A stretch of 64,000 nucleotides of DNA from the human T2T-CHM13v2.0 reference genome, Homo sapiens, in the NCBI RefSeq assembly GCF_009914755.1, contig NC_060938.1, one strand, 5' to 3'. Positions within the stretch are counted from its first letter, which is position 1; the number at the start of each line of letters is the position of its first letter. Position numbers and translations under genes: made by a program. The notes beneath the pieces were generated by a model. That model was given only the letters and a program-made list of their open reading frames with translations, made no database searches and was not told the origin of the DNA. Shown here in pieces: positions 1-14,464 of the stretch.

Positions 1-199
1 ACTGGACAAGAGACCCAGAGCCCTCTGAGGCCCAGCACTCATCCACCTGATGAGCTCTGAGCCCGGTTTGTTCAGCTGGCTGCCCTCAGACAGGAGGCGT
101 CGTGGCCTCCATCCCACCCGGCCACGCACAGATTCCACGGCCACCTCTCTCACCAACACCACTGCACCCGTCTGACAAATCCCAACATAAACCCCCAGC

Positions 200-592
200 T
201 GTATTAGGCCATTCTTCCATTGCTATGAAGAAATACCTGAGACTGGGCAATTTATAAAGAAAAATGGTATAATTGGTTCAGGGTTCTGCAGGAAGCGTGG
301 CACCCACATCTGCTCGGCTCCTAGGGAGGCCTCAGAAGCTTTCAGTCACAGTGGAAGGTGAAGGGGGAACAGGCATGCCACAGGGAGAAAGCAGGAGCAG
401 GCGGGGCGGAGAGGTGTCCCACACATTTAAACCACCCAGTCTCACAAGAGCTCACTCACTATTGCGAGGACAGCACCAATCCATGAGGATCCACCCCCAG
501 GACCCAGACACCTCCCACCGGGTCCCACCTCCAGCACTAGGAATCACAATTCAACATGAGATCTGGCAGCGACATGCATTCAAACTAGATCC
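200..592 (-). mobile_element. MaLR solo LTR, MSTB-like
   Basis: Begins TGTATTAGGCCATTCTTCCATTGCTATGAAGAAATACCTGAGACTGGG and ends CAATTCAACATGAGATCTGG...CAAACTAGATC. This is the reverse complement of the MST LTR consensus as recalled. Confidence 0.85.
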
Positions 593-717
593 CCTGCTGC
601 CTGATTCTCTGTGTCTCCACCTAGCTGCTAAACACTGTTTGAAAAGTCCCACACAAGCCATGGATCAGGCCTCCTCCAGGGTGTGGCCTCCTGAGCAGCC
701 ATGCAATTGGCACTTCA

Positions 718-1152
<435 letters not shown>

Positions 1153-1154
1153 CT

Positions 1155-1330
1155 CATTTATTATTTATTGATTTAGAGACTGGGTCTTTCTCTATTGCCC
1201 CGTCTGGAGTACAATACCACAGTCATAGCTCACCGCAGCCTTGACTTCCCCACCTCAAGCGATCCTCCCACCTCATCCTCCCTAGTAGCTGGAAATACAG
1301 GAGTGTGCAACCATGCAGGGTTCATTTTTT
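1155..1330 (-). mobile_element. AluJ right arm / FRAM
   Basis: CATAGCTCACCGCAGCCTTGACTTCC...CTCAAGCGATCCTCCCACCTC, which has AluJ-type diagnostic positions. Confidence 0.8.
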
Positions 1331-1414
1331 AAAGGGTGGGGCTTACTCTTTTGAAATGTACTAAGTGACAGCTGAGGAGATGTTCCAGACCCAGGAAACA
1401 AAAGAAACCTCAGA

Positions 1415-2425
1415 CCCTGCTCTACACCACTAAATGGCAAAAGCAAGAAGATTGACGACACCAAGTGTTGGTGAGGATGTGGGGCATCTGAGATTCCCGG
1501 GCCCTGAGGGTGGAGGGACATGGTCCCATCCAGATGCTGACATCAGGAGCCAGCCCCGCAGGGCCTCATGAGGTGGCGTACCCACCCCACAACCCAGGCA
1601 CTCCTCTCCAGGGTGCCCGCCCAAGAGAAACGAAACCTGTCCACACACAGATCGGTGATAAACACCATGCAGCCTTATTCCTTGAGCCAAAAGGGAAAAG
1701 ACCCAAACGTCCATCCACAGGTGAATAAACGTCCTGTCCATCCACACCATGAATGGTCCATTGGCAAGGAAAAGCAATGAAGGCTGGTAAAAAGATACAC
1801 ATGCCTCTCAAAATCAGCGTGCTGAGTGAAAGAAGACAGATGTAAGGGGATTGGTTTGGCTGTGTCCCCACCCAAATCTCATGTTGAATTTCCCACATGT
1901 TGTGGGAGGGACCTGGTGGCAGATAATTGAATCATGGGGGCGGTTTCCCCGTTACTGGTCTCATGAGATCTGGTGGTTTTACAAGGGGAAACCCCTTTCA
2001 CTCGGTTCTTAATTCTCTCTTGTCTGATGCCACGTAAGACGTGCCTGTCTCCTTCGGCCATAGTTGTGAGGCCTCCTCAGCCACATGGAACTGTGAGTCC
2101 ATTAAACCTCTTTTTCTTTATAAATTACCCAGTCTCAGGTATGTCTTTATCAGCAGAGTGTGAACAGACAAATACATAAAGGGACACTTACTCTACAACT
2201 CCCTGTACAAGAAGCTCTAGAGCAAAATGACTCTATCATGAAAGACATGAGAACAGCAGCTGCCCCTGGGTGGGAAGGACTGAACAGGAAGGGCCTGGAA
2301 GAACCTGGGGTGTGGAGTGTGCTACATCTTCATGGAGGTGGGGGCTGTGCTCAGATACGCATGCCTCAAAACTCCTCAAACTCTACACTTAATATCTGCA
2401 CATTTCACTTCAATTTTTAAAAATA
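1415..2425 (+). mobile_element. Old L1M (MC/ME-type) 3' fragment, split by a THE1 LTR
   Basis: GACACCAAGTGTTGGTGAGGATGTGG, CCCAAGAGAAACGAAA, CCCAAACGTCCATCCACAGGTGAATAAAC and GCTGAGTGAAAGAAGACAGA are typical L1M 3' motifs. The element resumes after 2176. Confidence 0.7.
1848..2176 (+). mobile_element. THE1 (C/D-like) MaLR solo LTR
   Basis: GGTTTGGCTGTGTCCCCACCCAAATCTCATGTTGAATT ... GTCCATTAAACCTCTTTTTCTTTATAAATTACCCAGTCTCAGGTATGTCTTTATCAGCAG...AATACA. Confidence 0.92.
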
Positions 2426-2439
2426 GATGCTACACCAAG

Positions 2440-3350
2440 AGGACATTTTCCTCCATCAGAGTGGCAAGAACCCAAAAGCTTGATAGCACCCTGCCTGGCC
2501 AGGCCGGGGAGAGACAGCCCTCCCTGGCATGAGCACACACAGGTGCAGCCCCTCTGGAGGGCAATGTGCACACTTCCATCAAAATTACAAATGCATGTTC
2601 TCTTTCACCCAGCGACTCCACTTTTGAAAACGTTGCAGTCTATAAACACTCTCGTTCACGTGCCCAGAGAGCGGCACATGTAGAGGCCTACTCCTCACAG
2701 CACAGTGTCTAGAGGCAAACTCTACAGCAGTCTATAAATACTCTCGTACACGTGCCCAGCGAGCGGCACGTGTAGAGGCCTACTCCTCACAGCACAGTGT
2801 CTAGAGGCAAACTCTACAGCAGTCTATAAACACTCTCGTTCACGTGCCCAGAGAGCGGCACGTGTAGAGGCCTACTCCTCACAGCACAGTGTCTAGAGGC
2901 AAACTCTACAGCAGTCTATAAATACTCTCGTACACGTGCCCAGCGAGCGGCACGTGTAGAGGCCTACTCCTCACAGCACAGTGTCTAGAGGCAAACTCTA
3001 CAGCAGTCTATAAATACTCTCGTACACGTGCCCAGCGAGTGGCACGTGTAGAGGCCTACTCCTCACAGCACAGTGTCTAGTGGCAAACTCTACAGCAGTC
3101 TATAAACACTCTCGTTCACGTGCCCAGCGAGCGGCACATGTAGAGGCCTACTCCTCACAGCACAGTGTCTAGAGGCAAACTTCACAGCACCTGCAAAGGA
3201 ACAGGTGTACTATGCTACCTATGCTACCTTTTGCATAAACATGGAAACATGAATAGATTCAGATTTGCTTGTAATTTCCTAAAGAAACTCTAGAAGACAT
3301 TTGAGACGTTGATAATAGTGATTATCAGCTGATGACATAGGGGCTGTTGT
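2440..3350 (+). mobile_element. Degraded L1ME-type 3' fragment containing the 92-bp VNTR
   Basis: CTCTGGAGGGCAATGTGCAC...ATCAAAATTACAAATGCATGTTCTCTTTCACCCAGCGACTCCACTTTT leads into the repeat. TATGCTACCTTTTGCATAAAC...AAACTCTAGAAGACAT follows it. Confidence 0.55.
2635..3186. repeat. Minisatellite, 92-bp unit x6
   Basis: GCAGTCTATAAA recurs at 2635, 2727, 2819, 2911, 3003 and 3095. Units differ at only a few positions. Confidence 0.98.
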
Positions 3351-3487
3351 CTAGAAGCATCTATAAGCCACAATTAACGGCCTGCACTAAAGGCTGAAGG
3401 GGTGTGTGTCCACCAGGAAAGGAAAACAGATATTGTGAGAGAGCCCTTGAGAAAATAAACCAGAGTGGAGGCGTGGCCTGCAATGGC

Positions 3488-4562
3488 CACACACACAATT
3501 CACACACACTCACACACAGTCACACACTTTCAGACACACGTACACCCACACACATTCACACTCTCTCACACATACACACATACACACATTCACACACAGA
3601 CACTCATATACACACACTCACATTCACACATACTTTCTCACACACACCCACACACATGCACACACACTTTCACACACATACACACATTCACACTTACACA
3701 CGTACACACAACACACATTCACACTTTCACACATACATCCACACACTTTCACACACATACACCACACACTCACACTCATACATTCAGACACACACTCATA
3801 CACATTCAGACACACAGACACACACATACACACCCACACACATACACATTTAGACACACATTCACACACATACACCCACACACATTCACAGTCATACACA
3901 CATATTCACACACATACACCCACACACATTCACAGTCATGCACACATTTACACACACACATTCACACACATACACACCCACACACTTTCATAGACATACA
4001 CCCACATTTTCACACTTTCACACACATACACCCACACACATTCACACTCATACACCCATTCACATTCACACTCATACACACATTCACACACACATTCAGA
4101 CACACATTCAGACACACACATACACACCCACACACATGCATTCAGACACACACCCACACACATTCACACTTATACACACACGTTCACACACATACACCCA
4201 CATTCACACACACTTTCACAGACATACAGCCACATTCACACACACTTTCACAGACATACACTCACATTTTCACACACACTTTCACATACATCCACACACA
4301 TTCACACTCTCACATACATATATGCACTCATGCACCACACTCACACATTCACAAACACATTCACACACACTTTCTCACACACACACATTCAGACACACAT
4401 TCACACACATGGTCTCTCACACATACATTCAGACACATGCTCACATATGCACCCACACACTTTTGCACACACTTTCATGCACACATCCCACACACTCCCA
4501 CACATACGCACTCATGCACACACACACACATACACTCACACACATACACTCTCTCCCACACC
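3488..4562. repeat. ~1.07-kb degenerate (CA)n / CACACATT low-complexity tract
   Basis: Almost entirely C/A/T with recurring CACACATTCA and CACACATACA. It is the source of the His/Thr ORFs. Confidence 0.97.
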
Positions 4563-4619
4563 CCCAGCAGATAGCCCTCCCCTGTTAAAGACAAGTTACT
4601 ATTAGGAAGTGACTTCACA

Positions 4620-5400
4620 CCTATGCATAAATACTTCAAAAATTAAAATGAAGGAATTATACATAAAAGACAAATGAAAAACATTCACCCCTGGGAGAAC
4701 GACCCAAGGAAACACAGGCAAAGTTCAGACAAAAAGGTTTCTTCTGCTTCAAGACAACCTCATCTCCTAAAAGGGAGAAGCGCTCAAAAAGGAGATTTGT
4801 GGTTTCAAAGAAGAGATGATAAGATAACAGAAGGTGTGAGCCACTGGAGCCCAGAAAAGAGATGGAAGAGAGAAGTTGATTGGAGACCATAACCACATCT
4901 GAACAAAGAGAAAAATAAACATGGCTGAAAATGCCTTTAAAAGGATAAAGTGTTGAGCTTGAGGAAGTCACACACAATAAAGTGAAAGTTTCTACAATGT
5001 AAAAATAAGACGGTAAGTACAGAATTCAAACAAAGAAGATATAACACATGCACAATTGATGTTCCTGAAGAAGAAAACAAAACACATAAGCCTGAAAAAA
5101 AAAATAGACTCTGGGCTATCACAAAATACATGTTCCTTAAGCCTGGATCTGCAGCTCTGCAGAGCACACATTCTGGGGGCAGGAGTGGGGCCAGCAAAAC
5201 AGCACGATGTATGCTGCTGCCATTGTTAAACTTCAGGGGGATGGAAATAATCAGACGGAGCATCACTTAAATATCAGAACACAGTAGCTACAGAGTTCTG
5301 ATGGAAAAAATGTTTGACTTGAGGATTTTATATCCGATAATCCTGACTTGACGTATAAAGGAAACAGACTCTTAGGTAGGCAAGAACTTGAAGAATACAC
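4620..5400 (+). mobile_element. L1 ORF1 / HAL1-like relic
   Basis: A-rich. AACACATGCACAATTGATGTTCCTGAAGAAGAAAAC reads NTCTIDVPEEEN (cf. L1 ORF1 NIRIIGVPEEE). TTGAGGATTTTATATCCG reads LRILYP (cf. PRILYP). Confidence 0.6.
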
Positions 5401-5468
5401 AGCGCCCACAGGAGGAGAAAGCGGGGATCTCCCGGGCCTGCGGCAGCCCGAGATTCCCATTGTCCCAG

Positions 5469-6237
<769 letters not shown>

Positions 6238-6249
6238 CCAGCATAGTTG

Positions 6250-6770
6250 TCCATAGCAAACTCTTGCTCTAAAAAGTGCTCAAGTTTGAGAGGGAAAGGG
6301 TGCTACAAAGGCTACAAATGACATTATTAGAGGCTGGATGTGGTGGTGCGCACCTGTGGTCCCAGCTACTCAGGAGGCTGAGGTGGGAGGATCGCTTGAG
6401 CCTGGTTGGTTGAGGCTGCAGTGAGCCATGATTGCACAACTAGACTTCAGCCTGGTAACAGAGCTAGACCTCATCTTTTAATTCATTAATTACAGGATAT
6501 TATTAGAACATCTGACAACATTGGAATACAGATGGCATATCATGTAAAAATACTTCTTATTAATACTAATGGAGATGTATGAGGTTGATGACTGTGTTGA
6601 GGTTATGTAAGAGAATACTCCTGTTCTTACAACACAAATGATACAGCAAATGGGATAGAATAATAGGTAAATCTGAGCAATGGGTATATGGCTATTCCTT
6701 GCACTATTTTTGCTTTTGTGACTTTGTCTAAGTTTGAAATCATTTCCAGATAAAAAGTCTAAAAAGTAGA
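6250..6770 (+). mobile_element. L1MC/ME 3' UTR fragment
   Basis: GGTTATGTAAGAGAATACTCCTGTTCTT and GGGTATATGGCTATTCCTTGCACTATTTTTG...AAGTTTGAAATCATTTCC. Confidence 0.65.
6332..6480 (+). mobile_element. FRAM / AluJ right monomer
   Basis: GGCTGGATGTGGTGGTGCGCACCTGTGGTCCCAGCTACTCAGGAGGCTGAGGTGGGAGGATCGCTTGAGCC. A probable TSD GA(C/T)ATTATTAGA flanks it. Confidence 0.88.
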
Positions 6771-8459
6771 AGTCAAGTGCTCCAGGTAGGATGATAAATT
6801 ACACGGTGAGCCAGCACAGGGGCCTCTCCAGCAACCTCAGATGACAAAATCCAGGTGACAAACGCTGATGAAGACAAAACTCAAGGGGGTAGGAACCACA
6901 GCAAAGGCTGGGGACAAGCTCTGGAATCATCTGAATGTTAAACCGGGTGACAGTGACAATGGAAACCACGGTGTGAGGAACAGAAGTTAAATGTTACAAA
7001 CTTTGATCACGTCCAAAAAATAATAACGTTAGAAAGCATGGAGGGGTTGGGAGTAAAAATGTAACTTGGAACCCGGAACATCTGGTTTACCAACGTGGAG
7101 TTCCCTTCGTTCGCAAGCTCTTTCACGGTAGCTTTTAGCAGGTCTTCCAGTGCTTGAGTCTCTGTGAGGTGAAACCTTTATTTCAAGTGTTTCCTTCGGC
7201 TTCACCTTGGTTTGTTCTTGTGAAACTCAAACACAGGAGATGCTCTTTCTGATAAACGATGCCCGTGACTAACATTATTTCTACTCCTGTCCCTCTTTCC
7301 AGTTCTACTGGACCCTTGGAGGAAAGTTGTCCTTTGTGAGATTGAACAAAGTTGGTTATCTGGAAGGAGAGTTTGGAGCAAGCTTTTGACTTCCTCTTGG
7401 TCTCCTATGTTACTCAGTTTTTAAATATGAGGCCGGACCTTTCTTACAAAACAAAACCATGATTCTTCTTTTTAAAGGGGAGGAAGGGGCTTAGCACCCC
7501 ATGCCGCCTGCCTGAGATGTGGGGGCCATGATGCTGCTGAACGTCCCTCGGTCTCCAGGGCTTTCCCACACAACCGTGGAGGAGATCCCTGCCGTGTGGT
7601 CACCTGGGTTGCTGCCCCGATGTGGAGCGGTCCAACCCTGCCCGGGCCTAATCAGCAGAATGACAGCCAGGCATGGCTTTCTGCATCTTGAGGGAATGCA
7701 TGTGGGCAGCAGGACCAACTCACATTTCACCTCCAGAGGAAATGAGATGCATGTTTTCCAAACCCTGGGATTCCAAACACAGACCTGTGAATGGCTTTCG
7801 TTGATGTGAAGTCTTCACCTTTCATGCACACGACTTCATGAGGGCTGCTCCCCATTCTCCAGAGCTGCGTGCATGTTGCTGACAGTTTTTTAAGCTGACT
7901 TTATTTTTAGAACAGTTTTGACAGGAATATTGAGAAGATGTCACAGAGTCCCCATATAGCCCTCACACAGCTTCCCTTATTATTAAAATTTTACATTAGT
8001 GCTGTGCATCTGCCACCACTGATGAACCAGTATTGAAACACAAGTATTGGCTAAAGGCCCTGTTCTACATGGTGCATTCAGATTTCCCTGATTCTTCCCT
8101 AATGTCCTTGCCCTGTCCCAGGAAGGGCCCGTCCAGGACACCACATGACATTTGGTCGGCATGTCTCCTTAGGTGCCTCTCGGCTGTGACAGTTTCTCCA
8201 ACTTTCCTTGTTTTTGATGGCCTTGACAGTTTTTAGGAGTACCAGTCAGAAATTCTGCAGGATGCCCCACTCTTGGAACGTGCTATTTTTCTCATGAGTG
8301 ACTGGTGTTATGCGCCAGGGGAAAGAAAGCGCGGCGGCAGCACTCCACTGGCGTCACATCCTACCCAGGGCGCGTGCTCTCAACAAGGCTGTCCTTGCTG
8401 ACATTGACCTTGGCCCCCGGCTGAGGTCGTGCTGTCAGTCTTCTCCGCTGTGAAGTCAC

Positions 8460-8908
8460 TGTGGGGTCCTAATTAGGGAAAAGGAGTCAGGCTGCAGGGA
8501 GCAGGGGAAGCAAAAAGAAGCAGCAGAAGAGGTATAAGTCTGCCTTTCTTCACGGTGCAGGACACACAGCCCTCCTGCACAGATAACTCACAATCTTCCT
8601 GCACCCAGCTATCACCAGACCCTCAGCTGATAGAAAAATGCAAGGTAGCTCCCTGCAACCCTGGCGTTATCAGTACCGCACGCAGCCCTCTGCAGCCCAA
8701 GAACCATCCTATAAAACCTCCAGCAAGCCTTTGAACCCCAGCAGTCAGCTCCTCTTCTGCTGAGTCCGCCTGTTTCCTCCTCGCAACGTATTTTCCTATT
8801 TTCTCTAATAAATCTGCCCTTCTTTATCTACAACTGTCTTGGGAAATTCTTTGATGCTCCCCCTACCCCGGACCACCACCACCCAGATAGTCATCACCCC
8901 CCTCAACA
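8460..8908 (+). mobile_element. ERVL-class solo LTR (LTR47-like)
   Basis: TG...CA termini (TGTGGGGTCCTAATTAGGGAAAAGGAGTCAGG ... CCCCTCAACA), CTATAAAA and AATAAA. 5-bp TSD GTCAC (8455-8459) / GTTAC (8909-8913). The family name is from memory. Confidence 0.75.
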
Positions 8909-9653
8909 GTTACCACCTGCCTTCCATACCACACTCTTGGGAAGGAAGTCAAGGTGCACAGCCCACACCTGAGGAGGGGGACTCGCGGTCCCCTCCTTGA
9001 GGGCAAGGTATCTGCGTAAATTATTTGGAATCCTTTGGCAATGGTGATTTGTCTCTTCTTTCCCATGTAGTTTATTCAGTCACTGATGTCTGTCAGCACT
9101 GACTCATGGACACCTGTGTCATATTTTGGGTCATGACTCAACCCTACTTTATTTTGTTGCTCAAGTTGTTCTGGCTTTGGCCATTGGGAGCTCTTCCAGT
9201 TGGCTCCTGTGTCCCTTTAAGGTAGGATTTGGAGATTTTTTTTAGTACTTCCTTTCTATAGATTTATCTTGTATATTTCTTGCCCCAGTCCCAGAATCAG
9301 CCATTTCTCTGAGGAGCCCTGTTTCTTTTTATTGGAGAACAGTATTAGAAGCCAAGATCTGAGCACTAGGTGTGTTTATTGCTACTGGAATATGATTGCT
9401 TCTAGGCCATCTCAGATGACAGAGGAGAGGTATATGTATACTAATTAACGCACATACGCATATCTATAAATATTTCTATATGTAATCGTTTGTATCTGTA
9501 TTATGCTAAACATGAGTTTATACTGATACCTTCCACTCAAATTCAATAATGCATGAACCATTCTAGTCTCATCCCCTGCTTTATCTGTAAATCCTCAGAG
9601 TGAGAAGCCTGACTCCCACTACTCATGATCCATTTACTGAATCACTCAATTCC

Positions 9654-9957
9654 GGCCGGGCACGGTGGCTCACACCTGTAATCCCAGCACTTTGGGAGGC
9701 CGAGGTGGGCGGATCACGAGGTCAGGAGATTGAGAACATCCTGGCTAACACGGTGAAACCCCATCTGTACTAAAAATACAAAAAATTAGCCAGGCATGGT
9801 GGCGGGCACCTGTAGTCCCAGCTACTCAGGAGGCTGAGGCATGAGAATGGCATGAACCTGGGAGGAAGAGCTTGCAGCGAGCCGAGATTGTGCCGCTGCA
9901 GTCCAGCCTGGGTGACAGAGTGAGACTCTGCCTCAAAAAAAAAAAAAAAAAAAAAAA
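9654..9957 (+). mobile_element. AluY
   Basis: GGATCACGAGGTCAGGAGAT, CTAACACGGTGAAACC and GAATGGCATGAACC. Perfect 15-bp TSD GAATCACTCAATTCC at 9639-9653 and 9958-9972. Confidence 0.96.
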
Positions 9958-10456
9958 GAATCACTCAATTCCAGTGCACATGAGCTGTGGGATCAGATTG
10001 TGAATCTGTACTTCCATGGGAAGCACCATAAGCTAGAGTGCAATGCTTATGCTCAGTTCCCTTTTGCCTTTGGTCTTACCCACTCCACTCATTTATGCAG
10101 TACCCTTAGGGTAGCACCTGCTCTCCCATTGTCTCTTCAGTGAGGTAATTTTACACATTTGTAATACAGTTGGATTCTCTGGTCACAGTCAGTATTCCCT
10201 CCTGGGATCCCTTGACCTCCTAAATAATTTTTTTTTATTTGTATACATTAAGAGTTCCTCTGGGCTATAAAGTTCTATAGGTTTTGACAAATGCCTGTCA
10301 AATATCCATTATTACAGGGCAGTTTTACTGTCTGTGTCCCATATATTCATCCCTCCCTCCCACCAACCACTGGAAACCACTGGATGTTTTACTGTCTTTG
10401 TGGATGTCTTTTTCAGAATGTCATATATTTGGAATCATACGTAGGTAGCATTTTCT

Positions 10457-10753
<297 letters not shown>

Positions 10754-11414
10754 GTAGGTGACATTTTCTGACTGGCTTCTTTCACTTAGCAATACACATC
10801 TAAGATTCCTCCAGGTCTTTTTGTGGCTTGATAGGTGGGTTTTTAATCACCAAATATTCCATTGTATGGGTGTACAAAGTCTATCTGTTCACCTATTGAA
10901 GGACGTCTTGGTTGCTTTTCGTTTTGAGTGACTGTGAGAAAGCTGCTATAAACATTCATGTGCAAGTTTTTGTGTCGACATACGTTTTTAAATCAGTTGG
11001 ATAAATTCCAAGGAGTGCAATTGCTAGATCTTATGGTAAGAGTTTATTTACTTTGTAAGAAACTGCTGAACTGTCTTCCAAAGTGGCTGTACCATTTAAC
11101 ACCCCAGCAGCAGGGAATGGCCAGGCCTGGTGCCCTGACTGCTCACCAACTTTAGGTGCCATCAGCTTCTTTTCTTTTTTTCTTTCCTTTTTTGTTTTCA
11201 CTTTCACCATTCTAATCTGTGTGTAGAGGCATCTCATTGTTTTAATTTGCAATTCCATAATAACAAATGGTTTCAAATATCTTTTTCATATGCTTATTTG
11301 CCATCTGTATCTTTCTGGTGAGCTGTCTGTTCAGATCTTTTTCCCATTGTTAATCAGAATGTTTGTTTTCTTATTGCTGAGTATTGAGGTTTCTTTATAT
11401 ATTTTGGACAACAA

Positions 11415-11810
11415 TTGAAAGATTAAATATACAAATGGACAGACCTTATAGAAATAGAACTCTGACCAATAAGTTGCAGGAAGCAGCCCTGGAAACTAAC
11501 CCATTATCTATAGTAACCAGCCCAGGAAGCCAGCCTGCTATACCTCAGACTTGTAAGATGTCAGATCGCTATCTCTACCAACAGTCCAGGAAGCCAAACA
11601 ATAGCCTTTGCAACAATCAGCCCCAAATGGCCAGGACTTGACTTATAACTGACTCCGTCCCATTTTTTTGTTCCCACTTCCAACTTAGGATCAACCAAAG
11701 GAAGTCAAATGTGCTCCCCTAACCAATCACATAGGAGCCCCACTTCTAGATAGCTACCCCAACTTCTCCAGGTCAATAGCCTCCAATCGGGGCACCACTG
11801 AGGCTTGCCA
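11415..11810 (+). mobile_element. Partial ERVL-class LTR (MER54/LTR53-like group, tentative)
   Basis: Interrupts the L1. Repeated CCAGGAAGCC motifs, AATAGAACTCTGACC, CCCCAAATGGCCAGGACTTGA and CCCCTAACCAATCACATAGG. Confidence 0.55.
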
Positions 11811-12234
11811 TTTTCAATGGTGTCTTTCACAGAACAAAAGTTTTTAATTTTAATGAAATCTAACATCAATATTTTCTTTCTTGGGTCATGCCTTTCGTAT
11901 TGTACCTAAAAACTCATTGCCAAACCCAAAATCACTTTGATTCTTTCCATGTTATCTTCTAAGATATTATAGTTTTGCAATTTATATTTAGGTCTATGAT
12001 CCATTTTGAGTTTATTTTTGTGAAGAGTATAATATCTGTGTCAAGATTCATCTTTTTGCATGAGAATGTCCAATGGTTCCAGCACTATTTGTTGAAAAGA
12101 CTATCCTTTCTTCACTGTGTTGTATTCACGCTTACATCAAAGATCAGTTGACTACACTTGGGTAAGTCAGTTTCTAAGATCTGTATTCTGTTCCACTTAT
12201 ACACTTTATACATTGTTGGATTCAATTAGCTAAT

Positions 12235-12538
12235 TTTTTTTTTTTTTTGAGACAGTGTTCTCTCTCTGTCGCCCGGGCTGGACTGCAGTGGTGCAATCTC
12301 GGCTCACTGCAACCTCCACCTCCTGGGTTCATGCCATTCTCCTGCCTCAGCCTCCTGAGTAGCTGGGACTACAGGCGCCTGCCACCACTCCCGGCTAATT
12401 TTTATTTATTTATTTATTTTAGTAGAGACAGGGTTTCACCACATTAGCCAGGATGGTCTCGATCTCCTGACCTTGTGATCTGCCCACCTTGGCCTCCCAA
12501 AGTGCAGGGATTACAGGCGTGAGCCACCATGCCTGGCC
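12235..12538 (-). mobile_element. AluY-like
   Basis: Full dimer with GGGTTCATGCCATTCTCC. TSD TCAATTAGCTAAT at 12222-12234 and 12539-12551. Confidence 0.95.
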
Positions 12539-13218
12539 TCAATTAGCTAATATTTTGTTGAGAATTTTTGCATCTATTTCATGAAACATATTGGTCTGCA
12601 GTTTTCCTTTCTCATAATGCATTTATCTAGTTTTGCTATTAGGGCAATCCTAGCCTCATAAAAAGAATTAGGAAGTATTCCCTCTGCTTCTCTTTTCTGG
12701 AGATATTTTAGAGAATTGGTACCATTTCTTCCTTAAATGACTGGTAGATTTCACCAGTGAAACCGTCTGAATCTGGTGCTATTTTTCCAGAAAGTTATTA
12801 ACCATGGATTCAATTTCTGTAATACACATGTGCCTATTAAGATTACCTCTTTCTTCTTGTGTGAGTTTTGGTAGTTTGTGTCTTTCAAGAAATCGGTTCA
12901 TTTCATCTAAGTTATCAAACTTGTGGATATAGAGTTATTAATAGTATTACTTTATTATCTTTGAATGTCCATGGGATCAGTAGTGAAGTCAGTCCGGCTC
13001 AGACATCCACAGAATGAACAGATTATGACCCTCCGCTGGGCCTGGGTCCAGAGGTTTTGGGCATTGGCCTCAGGGGATTTGAGACCACATTTGAAAACTT
13101 TGCATGGATTGCTGAGATGTAGTCCGAACTTGCTGTGTCACTGGGTTTATTTCCAACCTCTGGCCTCCCCATCTTTAACTGGCTTATGGTATATGGTATA
13201 AGTTTGGGTAAGCATCTT

Positions 13219-13508
13219 CTTTTTGAGACAGGGTCTCACTTTGTTACCCAGGCTGGAGTACAGTGCTACAATCTCAGCTCACTGCAGCCTTGACTTCCCG
13301 AGTTCAAGCAATCCTCCTGCCTCAGCCCCTCCAAGTAGCTGGGACTACAGGGATGTGCCACCATGCCCAGTTAATTTTTGTATTTTTTGTAGAGGCAGGG
13401 TTTCTTCATGTTGCCCAGGCTGGTCTTAAACTCCTGAGCTCAAGAAATCCACCCGCCTCAGCCTCCCAAAAATGCTGGGATTACAGGTGTGAGCCACCAT
13501 GCCCAGCC
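13219..13508 (-). mobile_element. AluJ
   Basis: GAGACAGGGTCTCACTTTGTTACCCAGG, CACTGCAGCCTTGACTTCC and CTCCTGAGCTCAAG. Confidence 0.92.
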
Positions 13509-14464
13509 CAATCTTGCCTTTCAGTTTTACCCAGGTGAAGTGGACTATTGAGTTCTGGGGTCCCAGTAGTTGTCTATTTTGAAGCAGACATGTTCTCAGG
13601 ATTGGAGACTGCAGCCCAAAGCATGGAGATCTGGGGCCTTTGGGCAGAGATGGGAGGGCTTGTCTGTGCCCACACACAGCTGTGGGGCTCAGAGGGGACA
13701 GTTGTACTTCACTAGGGTCACTGGCTCACACAGCACAATGTGGACATAAAAGTCCAGGATACAAGGCAGGCACACCTGATGGGGAGCAATTGGAGCACGG
13801 AGGCAAGGTTCACAAACTTGTCTGCCTAGAGCAACTGCAGAAAAGTACTGACACCTGGGCCCCATAACCCATGTCAGAGATGCTCACTCAGTTGGCTTGG
13901 GGTACAGCCCCATGTTCAGGTGCCCTTGAGCAAGGGCCAAACACAGGCATTGACTGCACTTTGGAGTAGGAAGAATGAAGTAGATGAGCAGAGGTGGGGG
14001 ACCTTGTCGAGGGATCCCTCCTCAGGAGGCCAAGGTCTTCATCCACCAAGTGACAATGCTGCCTTCGCCTGCGACTTGGAACACTGACAACTCCTCACAG
14101 GAGAAGCTGGCGGAGCCTTGTGCAGACCATTCCAGTCCCATGAGGTCATCCTCATACGTACTAACAAGCTAAAGAGACCAGACAAGCCCGATACCTCCCA
14201 CTCAGTCTTGAAAACGTTGATGCCTTAAACCTCCCACTAGACATTAAAGGAAGCTTCTGCCTGGGGCCCTGCATGAGAAGGGAGGTGAGCCATTGGATGT
14301 CATCACTGTCAGTCATCCAGGGTACAAGAGGAGCCTCAACTGGTGTTTGCACAGGACTTGACTACAGAGGCATAGGTTTTTGCCTTTTCCTCCCTGGAGT
14401 CTATAGCTTGGCTTCAATCCCAGGTAAATGTCAGAAGGAACCTGGAAAAACTTCTAGAATGCCT

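Noticed and set aside
2635-3186. CRISPR-like palindromic repeat
   Set aside because: Whole 92-bp units are near-identical, with no unique spacers.
3404-4605. Long His/Thr-rich ORFs (up to 369 aa)
   Set aside because: They are translations of a (CA)n-type tract that has few stop codons in any frame.
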